53,965 bases of DNA. Source: a virus. Its lineage: Duplodnaviria; Caudoviricetes. The DNA lies in the IMG/VR virus record IMGVR_UViG_3300043420_000786, positions 1-53,965 of that record. One strand, 5' to 3'. Numbering within the stretch: the stretch's first letter is position 1; each line of letters opens with the position of its first letter. Below are positions 8,858 to 19,800 of this stretch, piece after piece. A program made the translations under genes and the position numbers. Below the pieces are notes generated by a model. That model saw nothing but the letters and a program-made list of their open reading frames with translations, ran no database searches and was not told the DNA's origin.

Positions 8858-10888
8858 ATGCCTCTGAAGCAACCAGACATTTTAGCAAATTCGCCATATT
8901 ATGACGATTTCGACGACGCGAAGAATTTTTTAAGGACTCTTTTCAAGCCTGGTTATTCTGTCCAGGCAAGAGAATTGACTCAGATTCAGACAGTTCTTCA
9001 GAATCAAATTTCAAAATTTGCAGATCATATATTCGTAGATGGATCTCAGGTTTTCGGTGGAAAGGTTTTTGTTACTTCAACAAATTTTGTAAGAGTTGAA
9101 GCAGTGACATACGATAACACTGGTACAGCAACAACCACTTCTTCTCAACAAATATTAAACAGTCTTGTTATACCTTCAGAGGAAACCGTTGCAAGTGACG
9201 AGTATAGTTCCAATAGACTTACTGGAACAATTCAAAAACTTCAAGGTAAGATATTAAGAAATGTAAATGGGACTTATGAAGATACGGGAACCATTCTCAT
9301 AAATCATTTTGACAATTCTCTGGATAATGGAGTAGACGACTATCCAGTTATTTATTTCAGTGATATAACTGGAAATGAAGGAGTACTTCCTAATGATTTA
9401 ATACTTCTTTTTGGAACTAATAATGGAACAACATTTAGTTACTATTTTAAGGTAATAAATCCATCTTTAATAGAAACCGATCTGTATACTATAGCACCAT
9501 CTGGGACCGCATCTTTAGTCAAAGTGGATGCTGGAATCTATTATATTGACGGAATGTTTATAACCAATAAATCTCAGATATTGGTTCCATACGAATTATC
9601 TAATCTCGGTGAAACAGAAAAAAGTTATGAGACAGGTAATTATTCTTACACCAACGCTTCAGCAAATATTAGACTGTTTAGATATCCATCAAACAGAGTA
9701 GGATTGTTCATAAACAGACAAATAATAACGGTGGACGATGATCCTTCTTTAAGAGATCCTTCCAATGGAATATACAATTCAAATGCGCCTGGTGCTGATC
9801 GTTACAGTGTAAGTTTAGATATTCAACAGTATCCATATGATCCACAGGATGTAAGTGTAGATAATTATGCAAATCAAGACTTCATACAGATAGCCAGAAT
9901 TGTTTATGGAAGATTGGATTGGATAAGAAGATTACCAAATTATTCTCAAATTTTAGATCTTTTTGCACAAAGAACATACGATGAATCAGGTTCTTACACT
10001 GTTTCTCCGTTTGATTTGGAGATAAAAAATCACCTAAGAAATGATGTTTATGTTTATATTGTAGAGGGATCCCCCAACGATCCAGCCAGTGCTCAGTATC
10101 TTCAAGTCGGAAGTTACATATGGAGCACCTCTTCAATAAATCCTTTCGATGCTGGATTTGATTTTGAAGGCGCTTCTGTCGGTATAGGAGAAATAGTTTC
10201 TGTAGAATCTTATAAGGAAATACCCGTTGGTAGTGTGGAGCAAACGACAGCAACTACATCAAAATTAATTTATGTAAAATCAAAAAATACCAAGAGAATA
10301 TCTTTAGGTACACCAAATGCAAACGGATTCGGTGCTGTTAATTATAAAAGACCTCCTTCTGCGAACACAGCAACTGTTTCACTAAATCTTCAATACAAGA
10401 ATTTTTTAATAGACAGAAATGGAACTTTTTCTGTTTTTGATAATCCAGTAGGAGATTCCAATAAATTAAATCTAGGAATCCAACCAGGCAAAGCATATGT
10501 GTTTGGTTATGAAACTGCTTTGGATTATACCAAGAATCTAGATTATGATAAGGGAATAAATCCAACTGGAAACACAGAAACAAAAACTGTAAATCTCAAC
10601 TCTTCTAGTTTGATGGGTAATTATGTTGTTGCTAGTTTTGCAAACGATGTAAGCACAGCCATACCTGATTGGGAAACTTTACCCAAATTTGAATTACAAA
10701 CATCAGAAATAATGACTCTGGTGATAGAACAGTCTGGTTTAGTACAAGTAACTGCACCCATTTTATATTGGAGTCCTTTCAAATCTTGGACATCCAGTTC
10801 TACAAATTATATGTTAGGTTTGCCCGATACATATCCACAAGAAAAGTACGAAAGCGTAATCTTCATCGAGGAACAAAATGCCATTTAA
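8858..10888 (+). CDS. DUF4815/VrlC-like baseplate-associated structural protein, N-terminal part
   Basis: PYYDDFD..KNF.R.LFKPGYSVQARELTQIQ, APGADR, RTYDESGSY, PGKAYVFGYE. Confidence 0.8.
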   Translation: MPLKQPDILANSPYYDDFDDAKNFLRTLFKPGYSVQARELTQIQTVLQNQISKFADHIFVDGSQVFGGKVFVTSTNFVRVEAVTYDNTGTATTTSSQQILNSLVIPSEETVASDEYSSNRLTGTIQKLQGKILRNVNGTYEDTGTILINHFDNSLDNGVDDYPVIYFSDITGNEGVLPNDLILLFGTNNGTTFSYYFKVINPSLIETDLYTIAPSGTASLVKVDAGIYYIDGMFITNKSQILVPYELSNLGETEKSYETGNYSYTNASANIRLFRYPSNRVGLFINRQIITVDDDPSLRDPSNGIYNSNAPGADRYSVSLDIQQYPYDPQDVSVDNYANQDFIQIARIVYGRLDWIRRLPNYSQILDLFAQRTYDESGSYTVSPFDLEIKNHLRNDVYVYIVEGSPNDPASAQYLQVGSYIWSTSSINPFDAGFDFEGASVGIGEIVSVESYKEIPVGSVEQTTATTSKLIYVKSKNTKRISLGTPNANGFGAVNYKRPPSANTATVSLNLQYKNFLIDRNGTFSVFDNPVGDSNKLNLGIQPGKAYVFGYETALDYTKNLDYDKGINPTGNTETKTVNLNSSSLMGNYVVASFANDVSTAIPDWETLPKFELQTSEIMTLVIEQSGLVQVTAPILYWSPFKSWTSSSTNYMLGLPDTYPQEKYESVIFIEEQNAI

Positions 10889-13800
10889 TTCAACTATATT
10901 CACAGGTTCTAATTTTGAAGCCTGCAATAACAGACAAACACCATTTAATATAGTCAGAGGTCAGTCCTCTTCTGCTTCTTATAACTCCCGACTTATTTCT
11001 GATGCAGTGCAGGCAGTAAGATTTTCTTTTGATATAAACATGCAATCGGATCTTACGGGGTATAATTTTCCTCAAGCGTATGATCCCACACCAACAAAAG
11101 ACACAAATACTGGATTTATAGACAACTATAACAGCACAGACAAATACAAAATATGGCAATTAAATAGAGATGGACAAGTTACTGGTTTTGGTTACTCTTT
11201 GAGATGGGTTCCAAATACTGATATTTCAGATTTGTATGTGCAAAAAGCAGGAACAAATGATTTCAAATCAATATACTCAACTGGAACCACTTTCGATGAA
11301 GCAGCAGCGCAAGATTCTGGAGTGATATTTTACAAAGGTTCTGTTGAGGACAATTATCCCTCTACATCTTGGGGTAGTAGCATAGAAAGCATTTATACAC
11401 TACAAGATGTTTATGAAGTTCAATTGATAATCGACAGCGCGACTCCAGTGGTTGCTAGTGGTGGAACTTTACCTTCAACTGGTGACATAAAACAAATAAT
11501 AATACAAACACCAACAGGACAAATATTAAATGGTTTTATGTTTAGATATGAATATGATACTGGTACTGGCGGAACTTATGCCACAATAAGTGTGTTTAGA
11601 AACAATCCATCTATTTTACCAGATATTACTACTGATTCTCTGTTTAAATCAGTAGAACTTATAAACGGTTCTCCTTGTTTTATTTACAGAATATCCGCTG
11701 TTATAAGAAAAAACAACACTACAAACTTTAAGAGAATAAAATTCAAAGATACTATAGACAAACAATACTTCAGTAATATCTCAATAGGAACGGGAGAAAG
11801 AGATGTTAGACAATGGAATTGGGAATCCATAAACAACGATCAAGCGGAAGAAATAAAAGGTATACTGTATGCATGGTCATCTTTAGAAAAGGCACTTTAC
11901 ATAGAAGAGTGTGTTCCTTCTAAAGAATTTCAAATAAAATACGGTCCAATATACCAACCGTCAGTGGATGCAGTTGTGGGAAATGAAGGATTTTCATCAA
12001 AAACCAATCTAACACCAACTCTTGGTAGATTTGTTAATATAAAACACACTTCTACCAATCAATATTCCGACACCAAAAATTACATAGAAACTGAAACTTT
12101 AGAGCAAACTCTTTCCAGAGAGGTTAGTTATGATCCTTCAGCAAATTATATTGTTGGAGAAAAAATAATTCAAATACAACAACCAAACACAAATGGAGAT
12201 CCAGATTCTTCTATAGATTATGGATATTCTTCTGCTACAGTTTTATCCTGGTCAACACCCGATGAAAGTGATCCAAATGCTCCTATGATACTGGTAGCCA
12301 GAATAGATAAGTATGGTCCAGATCAGCCAGGTGCATATGGTGTTACCACAAAACCATTTGATTTGTTGAATGAATTTGCTGTTGGTGATAACATCAATTA
12401 TTCTGTTTCTGACTATGCTTTCTCTGGAAAGATATTGCCTTATAGAGTCCTGAAGAGTGAAGACAGAACTTGGCCTTATGAGGTCAATGGTCCAAATAGT
12501 TATTTTACAGACAACAGAGAAACAAGAACAGTTAAATCTCCAACGGTTTTAAACAGCACAATAGGAACAACTAGAATAAGAGCAGTAACTCCATTTGGTT
12601 CTCCGAGTGCAGACGAAACCGAACCACTATACAAGTTCTTCTTGTTCGACACAGAATTGTTTGAAAACGATAATTCTTTTAATAATGTTATTAGTTTGGC
12701 TTATAATGATCAAAATCAAAATACCAAGAAGATAGCAAACATTGCACCAATAAGCGGAAAGAAAAGATTTGTAGAGACTTTCCCAGGCACCACACAAACA
12801 ATAAATGTATACAACACTGTAGTATTCGAACCATCCAAAGATAAAAATATCTTCAAACTACCAACTGGAAGTGTTTTCAACAATGTAATTCAAGGTGATA
12901 CTCTTTCTATAGAAATTCAAAAAATCTACTCTGCAAGTTTTGAAGCAGCAGCAGACACCGTTAATATTAACGCAACAGATGGTTCTTCTTCAATAGATGG
13001 TGCTATTTTCTTAGATGCGGATGCTAACATAAATTGGTTTGTAATCAATACCGATACTGGAGAAAAATTAAACCTAACATCATCCACAGCAACAACATCT
13101 ACAGATATACAATATTCTGTAGATCAAGGTAGTATGACTTTAAAAAGAAGTAGTACCGATACAGCAAATTCTTTACCAATAACTGTTTTTGCTAAATTAG
13201 AAAAAACAGTCAATAGCAGTAGTATAAAGACTAAAAAGGTTTCTTCGGAAACAAAAATACTAAGTGGTTTGATAAAACAAACTACAGGAAAACACAAAGG
13301 AAAATATACAGCCTTTATTGATGTTTCTGGTCCAATAAGTCAATTGAGATCAATTTATCTTGTAGACGATTCTGACGGAACTCCTATTGCTGGAGCAGAA
13401 AAAGTCGATTCTTTGTTTAAGATAGATGTAGGAATAAACGATCAAAAAATGGTAAAACCTGTTTTGGTTTTGAATCCAGGCTATGTTGTTGTAGAAAACA
13501 ATGAGGATAAATTAAAAGGTGAATTTTTCAATCCAAAGTCAAAAACTACAAACATTTTACCATCAGAGATATTCTTAGAACTAAATTACGATTATTATTC
13601 TTATTCATCTATAGATACGCCTGGAATAGTATTGAAAGAGTCTTACAAGAAGACTAATGATGATCAAATGGAGTTGAAAGATATTCCTTTCTACTTGAGT
13701 CCTAGCGACGGTAAAATATATCACGAATCTTCAATAATAGATTTTAGACCCAATTCTATGAATCAAACAGATGATTTTGATATGGGAAACACCAAGTTTA

Positions 13801-16658
13801 TTCCACATCCAGATTGGTCCGATTCTATAGAGGTTTCCTATTATCTTCCAAGAAGAGATAAATTGGTTTTAAATTCTCAAGGAAAATTTGAAGTTTTATA
13901 TGGAACACCATCTCTTACTCCAAAATATCCTCAAGATAAACCAGATGCAATGACTTTGTATCTTTTAGATAAAGCAGATTATGTCTTTACACCTTCTGAT
14001 GTCTCTTTTAAGAGGCAAGAAAACAAAAGATATACTATGCGCGATATTGGAAAAATGGACAACAGAGTAAAGAGACTAGAATATTATACATCATTGTCTT
14101 TATTGGAAAAATCAGCAGAAGATTTATTGGTTCTCGATGCAAACGGAAACAATAGATTTAAGAGTGGTATCCTAGTAGATACTTTTAATGGTCACAAAAT
14201 AGGCGATGTTGTTCATCCAGATTACAACATAGCAATGGATTTCAATGCAGGTTATGCAAGACCACCTTTTAGAACAGAATCAATATCTTTGGTAAAAACA
14301 GCAGACGATGACAGCACAACTTTTGTTCGTGTTCAGGATAATTCTTTCTATAATGAGACAGAAAGAAATAGAATGAGGGACAACATTTATATGTTCCCAT
14401 TTACCAAAGAAGTGTTTGTTGCTCAACCTCTGGCAACCAGATCAATAACAGTCCAACCACACGAAGTAACTGTGTTTGAAGGACAAGGTAATATTTCGCC
14501 ACCAATAAGCAATTGGGTAGATACTGAATCCAGACCCGCTGTTAGAGTAAATCTAGCAGGAGAAAACGATGCATGGAGTCAAATGGTTGCTGCATTCAAC
14601 AACAATAATTTGGCGCCATTTGGTACTCAATGGAATGAATGGGAAACCCTTTCAAGAATAGGTATTTCATCATCATCATCAGAAGAAGAAATAAGAACCA
14701 TAATTGCAGAAGGAAACAGACATAGAGGCGATTTACCAACAGGAACTCCAGATCTGGAATTTGGTGCAAGATGGAGATGGTTGTGGAGAGATACTGCAAT
14801 AACTACATTGACTACAACAACTGTAACAGAACAATTAGAACAAGAAAGAAATGGTTTCTTCAATGAACTTACCACTTCTACCTCTGATGTTTCTTTAGGA
14901 AATAGAATAGTAGATGTTTCTATTCAGCCTTATATGAGAGAAGCAAATCTGAAGTTCTGGGCTTTCGGTCTTAAACCAACATCAAAAATGTATGTTTATT
15001 TTGACGGTGTAAATGTCGAAGAATATTGCTACAAATACAATTCTTTGAGTGATCTATTCGGTGATGTCGCAGGAACATCTGCAACCTCCTATCATTTTGC
15101 TACTTCTGATATTTCTGATCTGAAGACAAACGAAGAAGGACAAGCATTTATTGAATTTAGACTTCCTGCTGGTTTGTTCAGAACTGGTGATAGAAAATTT
15201 GAAGTATCTGATGAACCAAGAAACGACAGAAACAAAGCAACAAGTTATGCTTCTGCAATTTATTCTGCCAGTGGTTTGAGAACAGTTTCAGAGGAAACTA
15301 TCGCAACTACAAGAAGTTTTGATATAACATCAAGTCCTCTCCCAACAGAACAAAGAAGCATAGAAGAAACTACAGTAAATGTAAACGAAAACACAGTTGT
15401 AGTAAGAAATAACTGGGATCCTTTGGCACAAACTTTCTTTGTAGATCCCGCACTTTATCCAGAGGGAATATTCCTTCAAAGTGTTGAACTTTTCTTTGCA
15501 AGAAAACCATCAGCAAATATTCCTGTCCACATTCAATTGAGACCTGTTGTTAATGGTTTCCCAGACTCGAAGAAAATCTACCCAGGCGGTGTTGTTTATA
15601 AGCAAAGAGACGAAGTAAATGTATCAGATGTACCAAATGCTTCTGATTCTAGCACAAAAACCGTATTTGCTTTCACAAGACCTGTTCATCTTTCTCCTGG
15701 CGAACACGCTTTGGTAGTCAAGAGTCCAAGTAGTGAATATGAAGTTTATATTGCTACTTTGGGTGAGTTTTTGCTGGAAACAGAACAAAGAGTAACAAAT
15801 CAACCTTATGTTGGTGTTTTCTTTACTTCTGCAAACGCAAGCACATGGTCACCAGAACAAAATACCGATATGATGATGGTTCTTAACAAATGTGTGTTTG
15901 AAACTGGTACAAACTATCAGATGGATATAAAGAACGATGTATCTGATAATCAAATTAAATACCATACAGCAAATCTTTCTGGATCTTATATTGACTTCAA
16001 TTCTTCTAGAATTCAATGGGAATTGTTGTCAAATCCATTAGACGGTAGCAGTCTTCCAGCAATTAGATTGGAACCAAATGCAAATATACAATTACCAATT
16101 ACTTGTTCTTACGGTGGAAATGATAACAATACTATAAGAGTGACAATGCAAGCAACATCAACCAACAGAGATGTAAGTCCTGTAATTGATCTGGATGCTA
16201 TGAGTTTATTTACTGTAGAAAATCTCATAGAAAACAATTCTATAGAATCCAATGGAGAAGTAAATCCTTTTGCTTCTGTTCCTTCTGGTAATGTAGCAAG
16301 AGTTCGTTATATTTCTAGAGTTGTAACTTTAGAGGACGGGTTCGAATCTAATAATCTTAAGTGTGTTTTGACTATAAACAAACCACAAGGAACTAATATA
16401 CAGGTATTTGCAAAGACACAAGACTCGTTTTCTACCGGCGAATTCCACCAAAATCCATATGTAAAGATGGATGCCAATGTTGAGAATTTCGATACTTATT
16501 ATACAAACAATCCAAACGATTATGTGGAAGTAGAATTTGATCTTCCACAGGATACAGTTTCACCTTACAATAAATTCTGTATAAAAATCTGTCTTTACAG
16601 TGAAAACGCAGCATTTGTTCCTAAAGTGAAGGATATGAGAGCGATGGCTGTTCTATGA
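10878..16658 (+). CDS. DUF4815/VrlC-like structural protein, C-terminal part (1926 aa)
   Basis: YYLPRRDKL, RYTMRDIG..DNR...LEYYTSLSLLE, RFKSG..VD.F, DPLAQTF, SANASTW, P.VKDMRAMA; GAGG SD at 10868-10871. Confidence 0.8.
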   Translation: MPFNSTIFTGSNFEACNNRQTPFNIVRGQSSSASYNSRLISDAVQAVRFSFDINMQSDLTGYNFPQAYDPTPTKDTNTGFIDNYNSTDKYKIWQLNRDGQVTGFGYSLRWVPNTDISDLYVQKAGTNDFKSIYSTGTTFDEAAAQDSGVIFYKGSVEDNYPSTSWGSSIESIYTLQDVYEVQLIIDSATPVVASGGTLPSTGDIKQIIIQTPTGQILNGFMFRYEYDTGTGGTYATISVFRNNPSILPDITTDSLFKSVELINGSPCFIYRISAVIRKNNTTNFKRIKFKDTIDKQYFSNISIGTGERDVRQWNWESINNDQAEEIKGILYAWSSLEKALYIEECVPSKEFQIKYGPIYQPSVDAVVGNEGFSSKTNLTPTLGRFVNIKHTSTNQYSDTKNYIETETLEQTLSREVSYDPSANYIVGEKIIQIQQPNTNGDPDSSIDYGYSSATVLSWSTPDESDPNAPMILVARIDKYGPDQPGAYGVTTKPFDLLNEFAVGDNINYSVSDYAFSGKILPYRVLKSEDRTWPYEVNGPNSYFTDNRETRTVKSPTVLNSTIGTTRIRAVTPFGSPSADETEPLYKFFLFDTELFENDNSFNNVISLAYNDQNQNTKKIANIAPISGKKRFVETFPGTTQTINVYNTVVFEPSKDKNIFKLPTGSVFNNVIQGDTLSIEIQKIYSASFEAAADTVNINATDGSSSIDGAIFLDADANINWFVINTDTGEKLNLTSSTATTSTDIQYSVDQGSMTLKRSSTDTANSLPITVFAKLEKTVNSSSIKTKKVSSETKILSGLIKQTTGKHKGKYTAFIDVSGPISQLRSIYLVDDSDGTPIAGAEKVDSLFKIDVGINDQKMVKPVLVLNPGYVVVENNEDKLKGEFFNPKSKTTNILPSEIFLELNYDYYSYSSIDTPGIVLKESYKKTNDDQMELKDIPFYLSPSDGKIYHESSIIDFRPNSMNQTDDFDMGNTKFIPHPDWSDSIEVSYYLPRRDKLVLNSQGKFEVLYGTPSLTPKYPQDKPDAMTLYLLDKADYVFTPSDVSFKRQENKRYTMRDIGKMDNRVKRLEYYTSLSLLEKSAEDLLVLDANGNNRFKSGILVDTFNGHKIGDVVHPDYNIAMDFNAGYARPPFRTESISLVKTADDDSTTFVRVQDNSFYNETERNRMRDNIYMFPFTKEVFVAQPLATRSITVQPHEVTVFEGQGNISPPISNWVDTESRPAVRVNLAGENDAWSQMVAAFNNNNLAPFGTQWNEWETLSRIGISSSSSEEEIRTIIAEGNRHRGDLPTGTPDLEFGARWRWLWRDTAITTLTTTTVTEQLEQERNGFFNELTTSTSDVSLGNRIVDVSIQPYMREANLKFWAFGLKPTSKMYVYFDGVNVEEYCYKYNSLSDLFGDVAGTSATSYHFATSDISDLKTNEEGQAFIEFRLPAGLFRTGDRKFEVSDEPRNDRNKATSYASAIYSASGLRTVSEETIATTRSFDITSSPLPTEQRSIEETTVNVNENTVVVRNNWDPLAQTFFVDPALYPEGIFLQSVELFFARKPSANIPVHIQLRPVVNGFPDSKKIYPGGVVYKQRDEVNVSDVPNASDSSTKTVFAFTRPVHLSPGEHALVVKSPSSEYEVYIATLGEFLLETEQRVTNQPYVGVFFTSANASTWSPEQNTDMMMVLNKCVFETGTNYQMDIKNDVSDNQIKYHTANLSGSYIDFNSSRIQWELLSNPLDGSSLPAIRLEPNANIQLPITCSYGGNDNNTIRVTMQATSTNRDVSPVIDLDAMSLFTVENLIENNSIESNGEVNPFASVPSGNVARVRYISRVVTLEDGFESNNLKCVLTINKPQGTNIQVFAKTQDSFSTGEFHQNPYVKMDANVENFDTYYTNNPNDYVEVEFDLPQDTVSPYNKFCIKICLYSENAAFVPKVKDMRAMAVL

Positions 16659-16867
16659 TTCCTTTTATAGACAGAACAGATATAGTCAGAGATCCCGCTT
16701 CAAAAGCGGTGTTGTCTAGAGACAAGGCAGGATTCATTGAAGCAAAGAAAAGAAAAGAGATGGATAATAGATACATAAATCTAGAAAAAGAAATGACTAA
16801 TTTAAAAAATGAAACTGCTGAGATAAAACAATTATTGCGAGAACTGTTAAACAGAGGATCTAAATGA
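16655..16867 (+). CDS. Small coiled-coil protein typically following DUF4815
   Basis: RDPASKAVL motif and heptad C-terminus; ATGA overlaps at both ends. Confidence 0.7.
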   Translation: MIPFIDRTDIVRDPASKAVLSRDKAGFIEAKKRKEMDNRYINLEKEMTNLKNETAEIKQLLRELLNRGSK

Positions 16868-19800
16868 GCACTAATACCGACGACATCATTTCAGGTGGTT
16901 TGTTTGCTCCCATTCAACCACTAAAACTGAATGACACCTTTTATACTTGGTACAATACTACCAATTTTATAATTGATGCTTTAAATCCATTAGCAATATA
17001 TGATGTTGCTTCTGGGCCTGGAATTGATGTTACTAAAATTACTGGTGGTGTTGCTGTTATAAGCATAAAAACAGGTTGCGGTCTTTCATTCGATTCTGGT
17101 GTTTCTCTTAAATTAGACATAGGAGGAACACCAGAATCATTAGAAGTACAAGCGCAAGATTATTTTGTTTTCGAGTCTTATACTGGAACTAATATCACTA
17201 CAGATAGTTCTGATTGCGAAACACTTTTTAAAGTAGAAGCAACAAATATGCTTCCTTACATTGTGTCTGGTGATCACGATTTTATTGGTGGTTCTTCCTC
17301 TGAATTTAAAGTCTCTTCTGATAATCTTGTAATAGATTCTCCCACAGTAGAATTTAAGACAACTAATATTTACCTTAATAACGATCCAGAGACTACAAAT
17401 GACGATTTTGTAACGAGATCGGAAATCGGATTTGCTGGTTTTACAGTTCATGCTTCCGACACATCTCCTACATTTGGATACGATGGTTCTCTTTTGGCTT
17501 GGAAGAGTAATCAAAATTTGTCTGTGGATAGCGATAAATCATTTGTTTCTGATTCTTCTGGTGTTAACTCTATATTCAATTTTAGCACCAAAACGGCAAA
17601 TCAAAGAAATGTTGTTGTTAATCTTTTAACTGGAAGTAGAGAATCAGATACAGATGATGGTAAAATATTCAGTATAAAAACATCGTTTACACTCAATAAA
17701 CTTCAATTTAACTTTTATAATGAACAAGATACTTTTGGTTCTGATTCTGAGATGTTCTCAGTATCTTATGATGAACTAACAGATCAATCTAATTTTCAAA
17801 TTCAGGGAACTCTTTATGTAAGAGACATTTCGGAATCTTCTCAGTTTTTAACAGAATCGGATTATACCAGTAATAAAGTTCCTTTGACGAATGGTTATGG
17901 TGTTTTGGATCATAAATTTAGCAATAGATTTGTAACTACCAAATACGATCCAAACATACAAGTTGGCGATTTGGTTCGTTTCGAATATTCCGATTATACA
18001 AATACAACAGAAGACATACAGATAGTTGCAGCACAAGCAGATACAGAAGAAAATTCAAAAGTAATAGGAATAGTAGAACAGATCGCTGGTGGAGAGGCAA
18101 TAATTGTTTTAACGGGTGTTTTTGAATACAACGGAGAATCAGTAAATATAACATCTGGTGATGTTTTTTACCTTTCCCAAACAAACGCGGGTTTGGCTAC
18201 AAGCATCAAACCAGAATTTGGCATAATAAAGGAAGTGTTTGTTGGTGTTGAGCCTTCTAAAGGTCTTCTTCTTTCCTCTGGAGTAACTAAAGAACCATTC
18301 TTTGCAAAAGTTCAAATTAGTGGAGGAAGTTTAGTAGAATCGGAATCTTCTGGAGATACTTTAATTCTTAAAGCAGGAAGTAATGTAAATCTAGAATATA
18401 CATCTAATAATGAAATCGAAATAAATGCTGGTTCTTTGAATGATGCAGATTATTGGAATACAATTTACACAAATACTGGATCTCCATCAAGAATAATCGC
18501 ATCTACAAACAATGATTCTTTTAGTTTACTCGGTGGAAACGGAATTTCTACAGAATCATCTTCTTCTACTATAACAATAAATGCTCCAAATTCTTATGGA
18601 GTCATACAAATAGTCGGAGAAAACACAGACGAATTAGATTATACATTATCCGCTTCCTCTGGTTCCGATACTCTAACAATTCGTTCTGGTACAGGAATAA
18701 ACATAACCTCTTCTACAAACAATGATATTGTTATAGAAGCAATAGGAATATCTGTACCAGCAAATAGAAGTGTTGGTAATCTGCAATTAGATGAAATGCC
18801 TGCTTTTAGTATAAAAGCAGCACAAGCAAACGGCGAACCAGTAGATGTGTATCAAATCACAGAAATACAAGAAATAACATACCCAGTTCTTGCTGAATAT
18901 TATAATGTCTATTACAATACAGATGGAGATAAAGTTTATCAAGATCCAATAACTCTTACAGAATACCCAACTATTTACAGTGAAGTTTTGGATTATAGAC
19001 TATCTACAGGAACACCAGATGCGATTGCTGGATATGTTTATGGTAGAGTTGTAGATGAATTGGGAAATGTTTCTGATATAAAACCACTGAATAGACAAGA
19101 ACTAAGACTTCTTATTGGTGCATCTGAAACTGGATTTTTGGAAGAGAACAATAAACTCTTTTCCTCTTGGCAATTATTTGATGATTCTGATTTATCTAAT
19201 AATATTGCTAGTGCTTATGCAGGCGACAAATCAGGTGTTCTCAGTGTTGTCTCTGGAACAGGTATAACTCTAGAATCGGAGATTTTGGACGATGGTTCTT
19301 CTGCTATAAAGATAATAGCAACAGGAGATGCTGCTGCTTTTTCCACAATTTATAACGAAACTACAAGCGAATCTCTTGAAGCCACCAGTATAGGTTCTAC
19401 TGTAAACATATCAGAAAGAGATGCTGTTGGTATAAATGTAACAAGCAACAATTCTTTAGATTTCTATATCAAAGACGCCAGTATAACCAACACTATGTTG
19501 GCCGATATGGTGGAAAACAGTGTAAAAGTAAACACTGGTGGAACAAACGATCCCACTCCTATTGATCTGTATATTGATGAAAACCAAATATTAGGAAGAC
19601 CACAAGGAGATTACCTTAAAGCACTGGATGCTTTAGAGGTGAGAACCATACTAGGTTTATCAAGTTCTTCTTACTACAAGTCATTTACTTGCTATACTGG
19701 AAGCACATTAGTAGGAACAGGTAATAGTTCGTATGATGAAGGTCTTATCTTCAGAGGAGGCACAAATATTTCTCTGACTGTTTTGGGCGATAACAGCATT

